In this document: piece after piece, positions 28,065 through 41,070 of the stretch | How positions within the stretch are numbered: position 1 is the first letter of the stretch | Layout of the letters: the number at the start of each line of letters is the position of its first letter | DNA from: an uncultured delta proteobacterium | GTDB lineage: Bacteria > Desulfobacterota > Binatia > Binatales > Binataceae | Length of the DNA: 64,000 nucleotides | Direction of reading: 5' to 3' | Assembly (NCBI GenBank): GCA_963794325.1 | Contig: CAWCDG010000004.1 | Coordinates: forward strand, 384,001 to 448,000 | The notes under the pieces: generated by a model | Seen by the model: only the letters and a program-made list of their open reading frames with translations | Told to the model about the DNA's origin: nothing | Databases searched by the model: none | Program-made: the position numbers and the translations under genes

Positions 28065-29108
28065 ATGACACAGGAATCTTCAGGCACCACGCTTTCGAAC
28101 CGGCAGCACGCGCTGGTGTTGGCGGCGGTGCAGGAGTTCGTCGCGACTGCCGAGCCAGTAGGTTCCGCGCAGATTGTCGCGCGGCATCAGCTGGGCGTGC
28201 GCGCCGCGATGGTCCGCAACATGATGGCCGAGCTCGAAGAAGGCGGCTACCTGCGTCAGCCGCATACATCGGCAGGGCGGGTTCCCACTGAAAAAGCGTT
28301 CCGCTACTACGTCGATCATCTCGCGGCGGCAACTCGAATCGGCTTCGAGGATCGCGCGCAAATCGAACTCCATTACTCGAGCGCCGTACGAAATCTCGGC
28401 GAAGTCCTGCGCGATACACCCAGGCTGCTCTCACTTCTGACCGGACAGGCCGCGCTGGTGATGGCGCCGCGGCTCGAGGCCTCGATTATCGAGCGCGTCA
28501 ATTTCGTCCGCCTTCGCGATAACCAGGTGCTGGCAGTTTTCGTCGCCGCGAAAGGCGCGATGCAGAATCGAATCGTCGATACCGAACGAGACCATTCGCA
28601 GGACGAGCTCGATCGGATGGCGCGGTACCTGAACGAATCGCTCGAAGGGCGATCGCTCGACGAGGCGCGCCGCTGGATCGAAGCGCAACTGCGTGAGGAA
28701 CGCGCCAACTACGATCGCTTCATGCACGACGCGCTCGCGCTCGGCGAGGCGCTAGCCGGTTACGTCGGGCGTACCGAGTTGTATGTCGAGGGCAGCCTGC
28801 AGGCGCTCGAGCAGCCGGAGTTCTCCGATCGCGGCAAGATGCGCGAATTGCTGCGCGCACTCGACGACAAAACCGCCCTGCTCGAATTGCTCGAACGCAG
28901 CCTGACTCATGCCGGCCTGACCGTGTCGATCGGTTCCGAGAACTACGACCCGCGCCTGTCGTCATTGAGCGTCGTCGCGGCATCGTACGCCAGCGGCCCG
29001 AGCGCGCTTGGCAGCCTGGCAATCGTCGGCCCAGTGCGGATGGACTACGACCGCGTCATCCCGCTGGTCGAGTACACCGCGCGCGCACTGTCGCGGCTGA
29101 TGGAATAA
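28065..29108 (+). CDS. hrcA: Heat-inducible transcription repressor
   Basis: AEPVGS, VRNMMAELEEGGYLRQPHTSAGRVPTEKAFRYYVD, IVGPVRMDY. Confidence 0.97.
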   Translation: MTQESSGTTLSNRQHALVLAAVQEFVATAEPVGSAQIVARHQLGVRAAMVRNMMAELEEGGYLRQPHTSAGRVPTEKAFRYYVDHLAAATRIGFEDRAQIELHYSSAVRNLGEVLRDTPRLLSLLTGQAALVMAPRLEASIIERVNFVRLRDNQVLAVFVAAKGAMQNRIVDTERDHSQDELDRMARYLNESLEGRSLDEARRWIEAQLREERANYDRFMHDALALGEALAGYVGRTELYVEGSLQALEQPEFSDRGKMRELLRALDDKTALLELLERSLTHAGLTVSIGSENYDPRLSSLSVVAASYASGPSALGSLAIVGPVRMDYDRVIPLVEYTARALSRLME

Positions 29109-29129
29109 CTTAGAAAGGAACTTTATTGA

Positions 29130-29352
29130 ATGTGAAACCCTTCGCGGGTTTCACGCTTCCGCGGCAGGGGTGACCCCTGCACCCAGTAATAATAAGAACA
29201 GAGCAGGATGCGGGACGGAGTTTACTCTGTGAGTACTCGTAGGGTCCCTGTTAGAAGTTTTTTTGTGTCATTCTAGAGCGAAAGATGCTGTAGCGAAGAA
29301 TCCCGGCTCCTTCTTCCCTCTCCCTGTTAGGGAGAGGATCAAGGTGAGGGTC
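29130..29352 (+). repeat. Composite repeat cluster: family B (29130-29187), D (29266-29303), A (29316-29352)
   Basis: Each unit matches copies elsewhere in the window. Confidence 0.85.
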
Positions 29353-29467
29353 CGATTACAGCGCGCTCTTTTGCGCGCGATTCAAGATTCTGCGCACGGG
29401 TGTGGCGATTCTCCGGCGGCCTCTCGCAGTTGATCGAGCACTTGGATAAACTCGCAGTTACGCTGCG

Positions 29468-30673
29468 ATGTACTCCGCTCGAGCACGTTTGTTGTTCGCA
29501 ATTTTTGCGTTCGCGTTGCTCTCCGGAGCTAGCGCATCCCGGCGCGCCCTACCCCAGGACGCATACATCTGGCAGCGCAAGTGGACTCCAGCCCTCCGTG
29601 TCGCGCTGAAACAATCGCCCGACCTCGTTCGTGCGTGGCGAGTGCTGGCTGCTTATTCGGATGACGGTGGCCGTCTGCAAGCGGTGGCCGTCGATTGGAA
29701 AGCGTTGAAGAGTAGCGGCCGGCCGGTAATTGCGGTCGTGCGAATCAACGGCCAGCTCGCGCGATACAACGACGATCGGCTGCTCGGCGACCTGGACGGT
29801 CTGTTATCGCGATGGCGGCAAATGAGCACGCCGATCGCCGGCCTCGAGATCGATCATGATTGTGGCAGCGCCAGACTCGCGGCGTATGCGAAGTTTCTTG
29901 CGCGTGTTCGCGCGCATCTCGACCACACGATTCCCTTGTCGATAACCGCGCTGCCGGCGTGGCTATCCTCGCCTGAGCTTGACGCCGTATTCGCGCCGAC
30001 GAGTGAGGTCGTCCTGCAGGTGCACATGGTGCAAAATCCGCGCGCAGGACTGTTCGATCCGGTGCAGGCACGCCGATGGATACAAGAAATGTCTCATCGC
30101 ACGGACAAACCGTTTCGTGTTGCGCTTCCCGCATACGGGGTGCGGGTCACGTGGCGAGGAGACGGGAGCATGCTCGCCGTCGAAAGCGAGGAGCCGCTCC
30201 TCGCCGGCGGCTATTCGGCGAGCGAAATGATCGTCTCGCCAGAAGCGGTGTCAGGCGCTGCTGCGCGACCTCGAACGCGACGCGCCGGCCTGGCTTACTG
30301 GAATCGTATGGTTCCGGCTCCCGGTCGCCGGCGATGTTCGCGCATGGAGTCCCGAGACCTGGCGCGCGGTGGTCATGGGCAAGCCATTGCGACCACGGGT
30401 CGAGGCGATCGTCGAAAAGAGCGTGATACCGGGAATGAACAATATCGTACTGATTAACCAGGGAGACGTGGACGGTAGTATTGCCGCAGACGAATCGATC
30501 TGCCAGCTTCGTGCACGATAGCCGACGGGATCAATGGCTATACCCTTGCGCATAGCCAATCGGGACTCTCGATTGAGCGCCAGCAGGATGGACTGCTGCC
30601 CGGCCATCAGCGGCGATTGGTCGGCTGGATGCGTTGCACTCCGGCTCAGGTGGCAATTCATGCGCAACATTAA
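29468..30673 (+). pseudogene. DUF3142 domain protein, frameshifted (about 30250 and 30480-30495)
   Basis: QDAYIWQRKW, GLEIDHDC, LSITALPAW, VLQVH in the first frame. GIVWFRLPVAGDVRAWS follows in another frame, then ADGINGY...VGWMRC to TAA 30673. Confidence 0.75.
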
Positions 30674-33157
30674 GCTTCAGCTGATCGTCGGGCTCGTCAT
30701 TCTGTGTACGGAGACCTCGGTTGCACTCGCATGCGCGTTCGTCTTCCCGTGGCAACTGCTCGACAACCGGGAAGAGACGCTCGATAAAATGCCGGTCGAG
30801 GAACACAGTTTTGCGTGGGCCGAGGCGCACGCTTTCCCCTCGTCCAAAGACAAACTGATCGCTGTAGACGAACGAAGACTCGGACGAACCGGAGGCGGTG
30901 ACTCACGCGGAGGTCACCGGACTGTCTTCCGATCAGGCCGAGGTCGTGCGCCAAATGCGGCTGGAGACTACCGGCGATAGTGCATTCAATAGAGGCGCAA
31001 TGCTGCCCGCGTCCGTTCGGCTCTATACGGCCGGCGCTGTCGATTTTCACAAGAAATGATTCGGCCAAAGCGATCAGACGATTCAAGGCGATCCTCGACC
31101 TGCCCGCGAGCGAGCGCCGCGACCGCGAGGTTTGGGCTGCCTACATGCTCGGCCGGCTTTACGGCCGCAAGGGAGAAATTGGGGAAGCGTCCAAGTCATT
31201 CGCATTGACGCGCGAGTTGGTGAACAACGGTGCGCCCGACCCGCTGGGCCTCGGCGTTGCGAGCTTCGGAGAGGAAGCTCGGCTTCATCTCAAGCGCGCG
31301 CAAGCCTTGCAAAAGGTCGAGAAGATGTCTGCGAAGCAGCGGAGAGAAAACGACCATGAAATCATCGCTGCGGTCAGGCTCTATGCCAAACAGGCTGCCC
31401 ACGGCTCGACCATTGGCATCGACTCGCTGCGGGAGGTGATAGATGAGGTGCTCGGTTACGATTCCGATGGCGCGATTTGCGATCCGATTGTTCAGCGGTT
31501 GTTGGTGACGCGAACGCTCAATGCCGATACTTTGCCTGACAGCGATCGCACCCCATCCACTTCCCAGATCTCGGGGCTGGTCAGGTCGGTACAGAAGTGC
31601 GGCTCCAGCAATCTCATCGATGCCGACCGGTTGGCTGCCATCGCATATCGCGACGGTGACTACCAGCTCGCGCATACTCTCGCGACTCAGATGACGACCC
31701 CGCTCGCCATGTGGGTGCAGGCAAGACTGCAAATGCAAAAGGGAGACGTTGGCGAAGCCGCAAAATATTACGCGGCGGCATCAAAGGCGTTTCCGCCTTC
31801 CGGCGACGCGAGTGAAGCCGATCAACGGGCCCAGGCGCTGCTGGTCGGAGAGAATGGCGTCCTGACGCTGTCGCGCGGGGAATATGTCGACGCTCTAGAA
31901 CAGCTCTATCCTTACGCGGCCACATTCTGGGGCGATGTCGCGTACATCGCGGAACGGGTGCTCACCGTCGATGAGCTCAAGACCTTCGTCGATACTCATA
32001 GGAACACGCAATTCAACCCCTCCGTTTCGCTCGATAACCTAGCTCTGATTCCCGACAAACCGACAGACTCGACGCCTGGAGATAGCGAGAATGATAGCCA
32101 TCCTGCTGATTGGTTGCCGAACCTTCTGGCGCGACGGCTCGTGCGCGCCGGACGCTATCGGGAAGCGTTGAATTATGTCCCGGCCCTCGAAGTGAAGTCT
32201 TCCACCGCGGCCGCGATTTCCAGTCCTGCGGCCATGCCAACAGTATCGGCCTCTACCACCGCCCCGTTTGCGGTTACAGTTGGGCAGACTCAGTTCATTC
32301 CAGAAAGCGTTGTAGCTACGAAGCCCAAGCGGCAAAAGCATTGGCATAAGCACCTGGTTCGCGAAAGTATTTTCGAAGTGCCGGAGGACGCAATCGCCGA
32401 ATATATTCAAGGGTTGAATGACGCGAATACCGCTCGCTCCAATGTTGATCGCGCTCGAGGCTGGTACCGAGCCGCGATGTTGGCCGGCAATTTCAAAGCA
32501 GGCAATAAAATCATGGGTACCGAGGGGGAGCCGGATTACTACATGCAACCGTATATTGGGGAGGGCACCGGCCAACGCGAGCTTCACGACGACGATCGAT
32601 TCGTGACCGACGGTGAGCGCCGGCGCTTCAAGGCTAGCGCGCCGAAGCCGAATTTGCGCTATCACTACATATTCGTCGGCGCCGATGAGGCGATCCGCGC
32701 GGCCGCTTTGCTTCCTCCGCGATCGCAGGCATTCGCTGCGGTCTTGTGTCATGCAACTTCGTGGATGACCGACGGGGAATCGTGTCCTGCCAACGCCGCC
32801 GGCCTGCGCACGTCACCTACCGCGTACGCCTCGGAGGCGGCGGGCATAGCCAACCCGCTCACTGTGGACGCGTTGTGGCCTGACGAGAGTGCCGCCCGCA
32901 TCAATCTCACTTGCCAGCTATATCAGCGGTACCTGAAAGAGGGCGCGGTCGTGCCTTTGGCGACGGATTTTGGACAGGATTGCCCCGAACCGGATTTCGC
33001 CAGCGCCGTTCAGTTTGTGCAGGTGCAGACAATCCGCGAAGCCCGCCGACAGAGTCGGATAGTCCGCCACCGCTGGATTGTTCTCGTAAAGCTTCTATTG
33101 GTCGCTCTATGCCTCGCCGCGAGCACCTGGTGGTTCTTGCGGCACCGCTACGTTTGA
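30660..33157 (+). pseudogene. Large exported TPR-like partner of DUF3142, frameshifted (about 30870 and 31050)
   Basis: MRNIK..ALACAFVFPWQLLDNREETL / ..RLYTAGAVDFH / ..VWAAYMLGR..DPLGLGVASFGEEAR..DVAYIAERVLTVDELK..RYHY..LPPRSQAFAAVLCHA, with a C-terminal TM. Confidence 0.7.
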
Positions 33158-33240
33158 AAATCTCAGCAATTCCGCGGGTGCAAACACTGGCGCGACCCTT
33201 AATCGTGCTTAGATTTATCCCTGCGTATCGGTTTGAAAAA

Positions 33241-33869
33241 ATGAACAAGCGACACAAGCATCCTCAGGACGGAAATCCCGGTATGGATGGTGAATTCGAC
33301 CCGGCCAACGCCGGGCCTGAGTCAGAGCAGGGCAGCGACGTCGGAATCGCTGCGGGCGCAGCTCGCCGAGAAAGACAAGGAAATCGCCGAGCTGAAGGAC
33401 AAGTATCTTCGCACGCTCGCCGAGTCGGAAAATGCGCGCAAGCGAATCCGCCAGCAGAGCGAGGAATCGATACGCATCCAGCGCGAGGCGATTCTCCGCG
33501 ACCTGCTTCCGATCATCGACAACCTCGAACGCGCGCTGGCGGCTGCTCGCAGTGGCACCGACGCCAAGACGATCGTCGATGGCGTCGAGATGACGGTGCG
33601 TGCGCTGATCGATTTTCTCCGCGCACAAGGCGTCACGCCGCTGAATTCGGTCGGACAGTCGTTCGATCCAAATCGGCATGAGGCAGTCGATCACGTGGCG
33701 TCCGAGGCGCATCCGCCGAACACGGTCGTCGATGAATTCCATCGCGGGTATCTGATTGGCGAGCGAGTTTTGCGGCCGGCGCGCGTATCGGTCGCGAAGG
33801 GAAATCGGAACCGATTCCGGAAAGCGAAACGGAGGCGAAACCGATTCCTCCGACGTTGAAAATAACTGA
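33241..33869 (+). CDS. grpE: Nucleotide exchange factor GrpE (apparent frameshifts about 33342 and 33800)
   Basis: YLRTLAESENARKR, LLPIIDNLERAL, FDPNRHEAV, GYLIGERVLRPARVSVAK. Probable true N-terminus from ATG 33241 and C-terminus (..ETDSSDVENN*) are in other frames. Confidence 0.9.
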
Positions 33870-33918
33870 ACCGTGGTTATCTGTATCTTAAGTTTTATAT
33901 CAGGGGACCTCTAGAAAC

Positions 33919-35862
<1,944 letters not shown>

Positions 35863-35947
35863 CAATCGAAGGGGCCGCGCAAGCGGCCCTTCTCGTATCG
35901 CCAGCGCAATGGCGTCCTCGCCGACGTTCGCATAGAATCTCTGCGCG

Positions 35948-37084
35948 ATGCCGTCTGCACAAAAACGCGATTACTACGAAGTCCTCGGCGTCAATCGCGG
36001 CGCCGGCGAAACTGAGCTGAAGAAAGCCTACCGCACTCTCGCGATTCAGTTTCATCCCGATCGCAATCCCGGCAACAAGGATGCCGAGGAGCGCTTCAAG
36101 GAACTCAACGAGGCCTACCAGGTCCTGTCGGATCCTGAGCGGCGGGCACAGTACGATCGTTTTGGGCATGCGGCGTTCCAGGGACCGCAGGGTGGTCCGG
36201 GCGGCTTCGGCGGTTTCGATTTCAGCCAGGGCTTCGAGGAAGTCTTCTCCGATATTTTTGGCGATTTCTTCGGCACCGGCCGCGGGCGATCGCGTTCGCG
36301 CACCCGGCGCGGCGACGACCTGCGTTACGATCTCGAAATAGAATTCGAGGAAGCGGCGCGCGGAATCGAGAAGGTCGTAAAGTTCCAGCGCCTCACCCAG
36401 TGCGAAGCCTGCAACGGAACGCGAGCGCGCGGCGGCTCCAGTGGCGCACGCCAGTGCCCCAATTGCCGCGGCAGCGGCCAGGTCCGTACCCAGCAAGGAT
36501 TTTTTTCGATCTCGACGACCTGCGGGCAATGCCGCGGCGAGGGCATGATCATCTCCGACCCATGCCCCAAGTGCCAGGGTCAGGGACGTATCCGCAAGGC
36601 TGAATCGCTGGCGGTGAAGATTCCGCCGGGCGTCGACAACGGCTCGCGTCTGAAGCTGCGCGGCGAAGGCGAAGCCGGCTACGGCGGCGGACCGCAAGGC
36701 GATCTCTACGTCGTCATCCACGTCAAGGAGCACGAGATGTTCGTGCGCCAGGACAACGACGTGATAATCGAGGCGCCGATCAGCTTCCCGCAGGCGGCGG
36801 TCGGCACCGAGATCGAAGTACCGACGCTCGAAGGGAAAGTGAAGCTCAAGATTCCGCCGGGCACACAGTCGGGAAAGATCCTGCGCCTCAAGGGCAAGGG
36901 CATCGTCGATCTGCACGGCTACGGACGCGGCGATCAGCTGATCAAAGTGATCGTCGAGACGCCGCGGAGTCTGACCGCGCGCCAGCGCGAACTGCTCGAG
37001 GAATTCGCCAAGCTCGACGGCAAAGCCGTCAACCATCCGCTCTCCAAGGGCTTCGTGGACAAGCTCAAGGAGATGTTCGGCTAG
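35948..37084 (+). CDS. dnaJ: Chaperone DnaJ
   Basis: J domain with HPD, G/F region, four CxxCxGxG-type repeats. Confidence 0.99.
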   Translation: MPSAQKRDYYEVLGVNRGAGETELKKAYRTLAIQFHPDRNPGNKDAEERFKELNEAYQVLSDPERRAQYDRFGHAAFQGPQGGPGGFGGFDFSQGFEEVFSDIFGDFFGTGRGRSRSRTRRGDDLRYDLEIEFEEAARGIEKVVKFQRLTQCEACNGTRARGGSSGARQCPNCRGSGQVRTQQGFFSISTTCGQCRGEGMIISDPCPKCQGQGRIRKAESLAVKIPPGVDNGSRLKLRGEGEAGYGGGPQGDLYVVIHVKEHEMFVRQDNDVIIEAPISFPQAAVGTEIEVPTLEGKVKLKIPPGTQSGKILRLKGKGIVDLHGYGRGDQLIKVIVETPRSLTARQRELLEEFAKLDGKAVNHPLSKGFVDKLKEMFG

Positions 37085-37122
37085 CCTCCGTGTACCAACG
37101 CCATCCGGCGAAGGAGAAGCTC

Positions 37123-37332
37123 ATGGCCTGCAATTCGTGTGAAAGCAGCGGAAGATTCCGGGCGAGCTATTGCGACGATTGCGAGCGCTGGACTTTCCAC
37201 GTCGACAAGCACGACCTGCTGATCGCAGCCGGACTCATGGCAGTCGCCGCAGTGATAGTCCTTCAACCGGAGCTACTGTTTGCGCCCGCAGGCATCATGT
37301 TCGCGAAACGCGCAATCGGAGCGCTCGTGTAG
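37123..37332 (+). CDS. Small Zn-finger + TM hypothetical protein
   Basis: AAGGAG SD; MACNSC...YCDDC followed by a hydrophobic helix. Confidence 0.6.
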   Translation: MACNSCESSGRFRASYCDDCERWTFHVDKHDLLIAAGLMAVAAVIVLQPELLFAPAGIMFAKRAIGALV

Positions 37333-37347
37333 GCAATTCCGCGCCGC

Positions 37348-37758
37348 TCAGCGCGGGACGTGCACCAACTCCAGCTTCAGTCCGTCGGGATCGGTGAAAA
37401 ACACCGCGTAGTATCCCGGCAGGTAGTCATACTCCTTCGGCGGATCGGTGACCTTGCCGCCGTTCGAAGAAATTTTTTCACTCAGCTGGTCTATCTGCTG
37501 ACGACTCTCTGCAGCGAACGCGACCTCGCACAGTCCGACGCGATGGCGATGGAACTTGTCGGCGCGAAATTCCGGATCTGAAGGCCGAATCCATAGCGAG
37601 CCGTGATCCCCGAAATAGCCAGTGGTGACATCGGTATTCGGCTGATCGTAGGACATCGCCTTCGGATAGCCGATTTGCGGCATCAGCCACGAGTAGAACT
37701 TTTTCGCGGCCGCATAGTCGTTGACGTTGACGATGATATGGTCGACTCCCGCGCGCAT
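37348..37758 (-). CDS. VOC/glyoxalase family protein
   Basis: VDHIIVNV..KKFY, GYYAVFFTDPDGLKLELVH. Confidence 0.92.
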   Translation of the reverse strand: MRAGVDHIIVNVNDYAAAKKFYSWLMPQIGYPKAMSYDQPNTDVTTGYFGDHGSLWIRPSDPEFRADKFHRHRVGLCEVAFAAESRQQIDQLSEKISSNGGKVTDPPKEYDYLPGYYAVFFTDPDGLKLELVHVPR

Positions 37759-37779
37759 AACGACACCTCCGTGCAGTAA

Positions 37780-38646
37780 CTAACTTTGTACGCGGCCCAG
37801 CGCGTCGAACAAAGCTGCGCGCATCACGCCCGCCGGCGGCGCAACCCGATTGAAGAGCTTGAACGCGAGCTCGCCCTGATTCACCAGCATCCCGGCGCCG
37901 TCAGCCGCGCGCCGTCCAGCGGCCAGGGCGGGCTTGATGAACTCGGTCGGCTGAGCCGAATAGATCAGATCATAGAATAAGCAATCATCCGGAGTTGAAC
38001 TGTAGTCGAGGCGCGCGAATCGCCCAGTAGTCAGACCCATCGAAGTCGCGTTGACGATCAATCGCGCCTCGGCCAGCAGATCCGAATCAACCAGCGCGTC
38101 GAGCCCGCGAGGCTCGCCCGATGTGCGCGCGCCCTTCGCAGCAAATCGGCGCGCGAGCGATGCTGCGCGCGACGGCGTGCGATTCGCGATCACCACCCGG
38201 CTCGCGCCCAGCCGGATGCATGCGAGAACCGATGATGCTGCGCCGCCACCCGCGCCGATCACGATGGCGAGGCGTCCACGCAGCTCGCATCCGAGATCGC
38301 GCAAATCGCGCTCGAGGCCGCGCGCGTCAGTATTGTCGCCGCGGAGCACGCCGCGCCGATTGACGACGCAATTGACCGCGCCCAGCATGCGCGCCTCTCC
38401 AGTGAGATCCTTGATCAGCCGGGCCGCCACTTGCTTGTGCGGCACCGTCAGATTTATGCCGATGATTCCAAGCGGAGGAATCGCGCGAAGTGCCGATGCA
38501 AGATTCGCCGACGTGACACGAAACGCCGCATATGTTCGGCTCATGCCGAGCGCCGCGTAGGCCGCATTGTGCATCGCGGGTGATTTGGAATGCTCGATGG
38601 GATCGCCGAAGATTCCTGCGACCGCCGTGTCGCTGGTGGTAGGCAA
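37780..38646 (-). CDS. aroE: Shikimate dehydrogenase
   Basis: GDPIEHSKSPAMHN, NLTVPHK, GAVNC, GDNTD, GAGGGA, NATSMG, DGAGMLVNQG. Confidence 0.96.
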   Translation of the reverse strand: MPTTSDTAVAGIFGDPIEHSKSPAMHNAAYAALGMSRTYAAFRVTSANLASALRAIPPLGIIGINLTVPHKQVAARLIKDLTGEARMLGAVNCVVNRRGVLRGDNTDARGLERDLRDLGCELRGRLAIVIGAGGGAASSVLACIRLGASRVVIANRTPSRAASLARRFAAKGARTSGEPRGLDALVDSDLLAEARLIVNATSMGLTTGRFARLDYSSTPDDCLFYDLIYSAQPTEFIKPALAAGRRAADGAGMLVNQGELAFKLFNRVAPPAGVMRAALFDALGRVQS

Positions 38647-38652
38647 TCGAAA

Positions 38653-39222
38653 TCAGCCGATGGGATGAGCGGCGCGCTCAGCGCGCACCTCTTCCGCGGT
38701 GAATACCCAGCTGTACTTCAACCCCGCGCGCGCGAACGCTTCGACTGCGCCCTCGCCGCGCTCGACCAGTGCGATTGCCGCGAGGACGTTGCCGCCCGCT
38801 TCGCGCATCGCAGCCACCGCTTGCAAACTCGAGCCGCCGGTCGTAATCGTGTCGTCGATCACCGCCGTCTTCAGTCCGGGCTTAAACGCACCCTCGACCA
38901 TTTGCTGCAAGCCGTGCTGCTTGGTTTCTTTACGCACGAAAAAACCGCGAATCTCGACGCCATTGCGATACGCCGCCGCTATCGCCGCATCAGTGACCGG
39001 TAGCGCGCCGGCCGCCATGCCGCCGATTTGCTCGACACCAGCCGCCTTCGCGAGTTCAAGGACCAGTTCTCCGGCGAGGTACGCACCACGTGGCAGGTAC
39101 AGCGTGCGTTTACAGTCGACGTAGTAATTAGATGCGCGTCCCGACGAGAGCGTGAGTTTTCGCTCGAAATACGACTCCCGGGCGAGCATCGCCAGCAATT
39201 CGCGGCGTTCTTCAGATTTCAT
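38653..39222 (-). CDS. pyrE: Orotate phosphoribosyltransferase
   Basis: LSSGRASNYYVDCK, FFVRKETKQHG, VIDDTITTGGS. Confidence 0.95.
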   Translation of the reverse strand: MKSEERRELLAMLARESYFERKLTLSSGRASNYYVDCKRTLYLPRGAYLAGELVLELAKAAGVEQIGGMAAGALPVTDAAIAAAYRNGVEIRGFFVRKETKQHGLQQMVEGAFKPGLKTAVIDDTITTGGSSLQAVAAMREAGGNVLAAIALVERGEGAVEAFARAGLKYSWVFTAEEVRAERAAHPIG

Positions 39223-39410
39223 ATACCTGTTGAAGCGTGATCTTAACCGATGCAGCGCAGGGCACAAGAGCGATATAATATTGGTCGCGCTGGTGATAGC
39301 GTTAAGGGTGCCCGAAGGGAACAATGGACGCGCGTTACGGTCCGCAGGGCACGAAAAGGAGAGATAGCGAATCGCCATGAGTCCCGCGACTCGGGCGCCA
39401 AGCGATATAA

Positions 39411-40478
39411 GTGATAAGCAACGATTCACCCCGTGTGATCGGAACCGGCACTGCATTACCCGCCAACTACGTCGATCAGGAGCAACTGACCTCGCGACTC
39501 CGGGAGCTGTGGGAGAAGCGATGGTCGGATCTGCGCCGCTTCGACAAAATCCAGGGCGCGCTCGGAATCACCGGGCGTCATCTTGCGCTGCCGATCGAGG
39601 AATACATACCGCTCGACACCTTCGCCAAGACCAACGACGCCTGGATGCGGGCCGCGCCGGAAGTCGGAACGGCGGCGGCTGAGATTGCGCTCGAACGCGC
39701 CGGGCTGAAGCCTCGCGACGTCGATCATCTGTTCTTTGTCACCGTCACCGGCATCGCGGTGCCGAGCATCGACACCCGCGTCATCAGCGCGCTCGGGATG
39801 CGCAAGGACATCAAGCGCACCCCAATCTTCGGGCTGGGATGCGTCGCGGGAGCGACGGGAACGGCTCGTGCCGCCGATTACATCCGCGCGTATCCGTCGG
39901 AAGTCGCGATGCTGCTGTCGGTCGAGTTGTGCTCGCTGACCTTGCAGCGCGAGGATCTTTCGATCGCAAATATCATCGCGTCCGGCCTGTTCGGCGACGG
40001 CGCGGCCGCGATGCTGATAGGCGGCAATGCCAGTGCGGAGGACGGTCCGCAGGTAGTTGCGACGCGCTCGCTGGTGTTTCCAAACACTGAAGAAATACTC
40101 GGCTGGGAGATCGTCGACAGCGGCTTCAAAATCGTGCTGTCGTCGAAGCTCACCGACCTCGTGCGCGCCAACATACTCGACGAAGTGGATTCATTCCTCG
40201 CCAAGCAGAACATCGACCGCTCGCATATCAAGCATTGGATCGCGCATGCCGGCGGCCCGAAGGTGCTCGAGACCCTTGAAGGCGCGCTCGCTCTCCCCGA
40301 AGGCGCGCTGGAGCGTTCGTGGCACTCGCTGCGATCGGTCGGAAATCTCTCGTCGGCGTCCGTGATGTTCATCCTCGACGAACTACTCGAGGACCACGTC
40401 GCCGCTCCCGGAGAGTACGGCATGATTGTCGGGATGGGCCCCGGATTCTCGGTCGAGCTGGTTCTTCTGAAATGGTGA
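39411..40478 (+). CDS. Type III polyketide synthase (SrsA/BpsA-like)
   Basis: FGLGCVAG (Cys), VELCSL, LFGDGAAA, IAHAGGPKVL (His), GNLSSASV (Asn), MGPGF. Confidence 0.95.
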   Translation: MISNDSPRVIGTGTALPANYVDQEQLTSRLRELWEKRWSDLRRFDKIQGALGITGRHLALPIEEYIPLDTFAKTNDAWMRAAPEVGTAAAEIALERAGLKPRDVDHLFFVTVTGIAVPSIDTRVISALGMRKDIKRTPIFGLGCVAGATGTARAADYIRAYPSEVAMLLSVELCSLTLQREDLSIANIIASGLFGDGAAAMLIGGNASAEDGPQVVATRSLVFPNTEEILGWEIVDSGFKIVLSSKLTDLVRANILDEVDSFLAKQNIDRSHIKHWIAHAGGPKVLETLEGALALPEGALERSWHSLRSVGNLSSASVMFILDELLEDHVAAPGEYGMIVGMGPGFSVELVLLKW

Positions 40479-40488
40479 TCTCGCTGAA

Positions 40489-41061
40489 GTGGTGATTTCG
40501 CTCCGGACCTACCTAATCATTCTCGCGATTCTGATCGTTGAGCGGATCTTCGAACTGGATCGTGCGCGTCGCAATGCGCGCCGCGCGTTCGAGCACGGCG
40601 CAATCGAAGTCGGGCAGGCGCACTATCGCGTGATGGTCGCATTTCATGCGCTGTTCATCGGGTCATGCGCCGTCGAGGCCACATTTTTCCCGCGCGCATT
40701 TCCACCGATCGTCGCGTGGATCGCGTTATGCGCTGAAATCGTCGCGCAGGCGCTTCGCTACTGGGCGGTCACCACGCTCGGCGATCGATGGAACACGCGA
40801 ATCATCGTAACTCCGGAGCGCGCTCCGGTAACCACCGGCCCATATCGCTTCATGCGCCATCCCAACTATCTCGCGGTCGTGATCGAGATCGCCGCGGTGC
40901 CGATGATCGGTGGTGCGGTCTTTACGGCGATCGCATTCTCGATCGGCAACGCGCTGATTCTGGCGGTACGAATTCCAGCCGAAGAGCGCGCGATGGGCGG
41001 GCGCTATGCCGACGCACTTGGCTCGCGCCGCCGGTTTTTCCCAGGCTTGCGCCATAGCTAA
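40489..41061 (+). CDS. Isoprenylcysteine carboxyl methyltransferase family (SrsB/BpsB-like)
   Basis: GAIEVGQAHY..MVAFH, LRYWAVTTLGDRWNTRI, GPYRFMRHPNY, RIPAEE. Confidence 0.92.
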   Translation: MVISLRTYLIILAILIVERIFELDRARRNARRAFEHGAIEVGQAHYRVMVAFHALFIGSCAVEATFFPRAFPPIVAWIALCAEIVAQALRYWAVTTLGDRWNTRIIVTPERAPVTTGPYRFMRHPNYLAVVIEIAAVPMIGGAVFTAIAFSIGNALILAVRIPAEERAMGGRYADALGSRRRFFPGLRHS

Positions 41062-41070
41062 GATAGTCGG

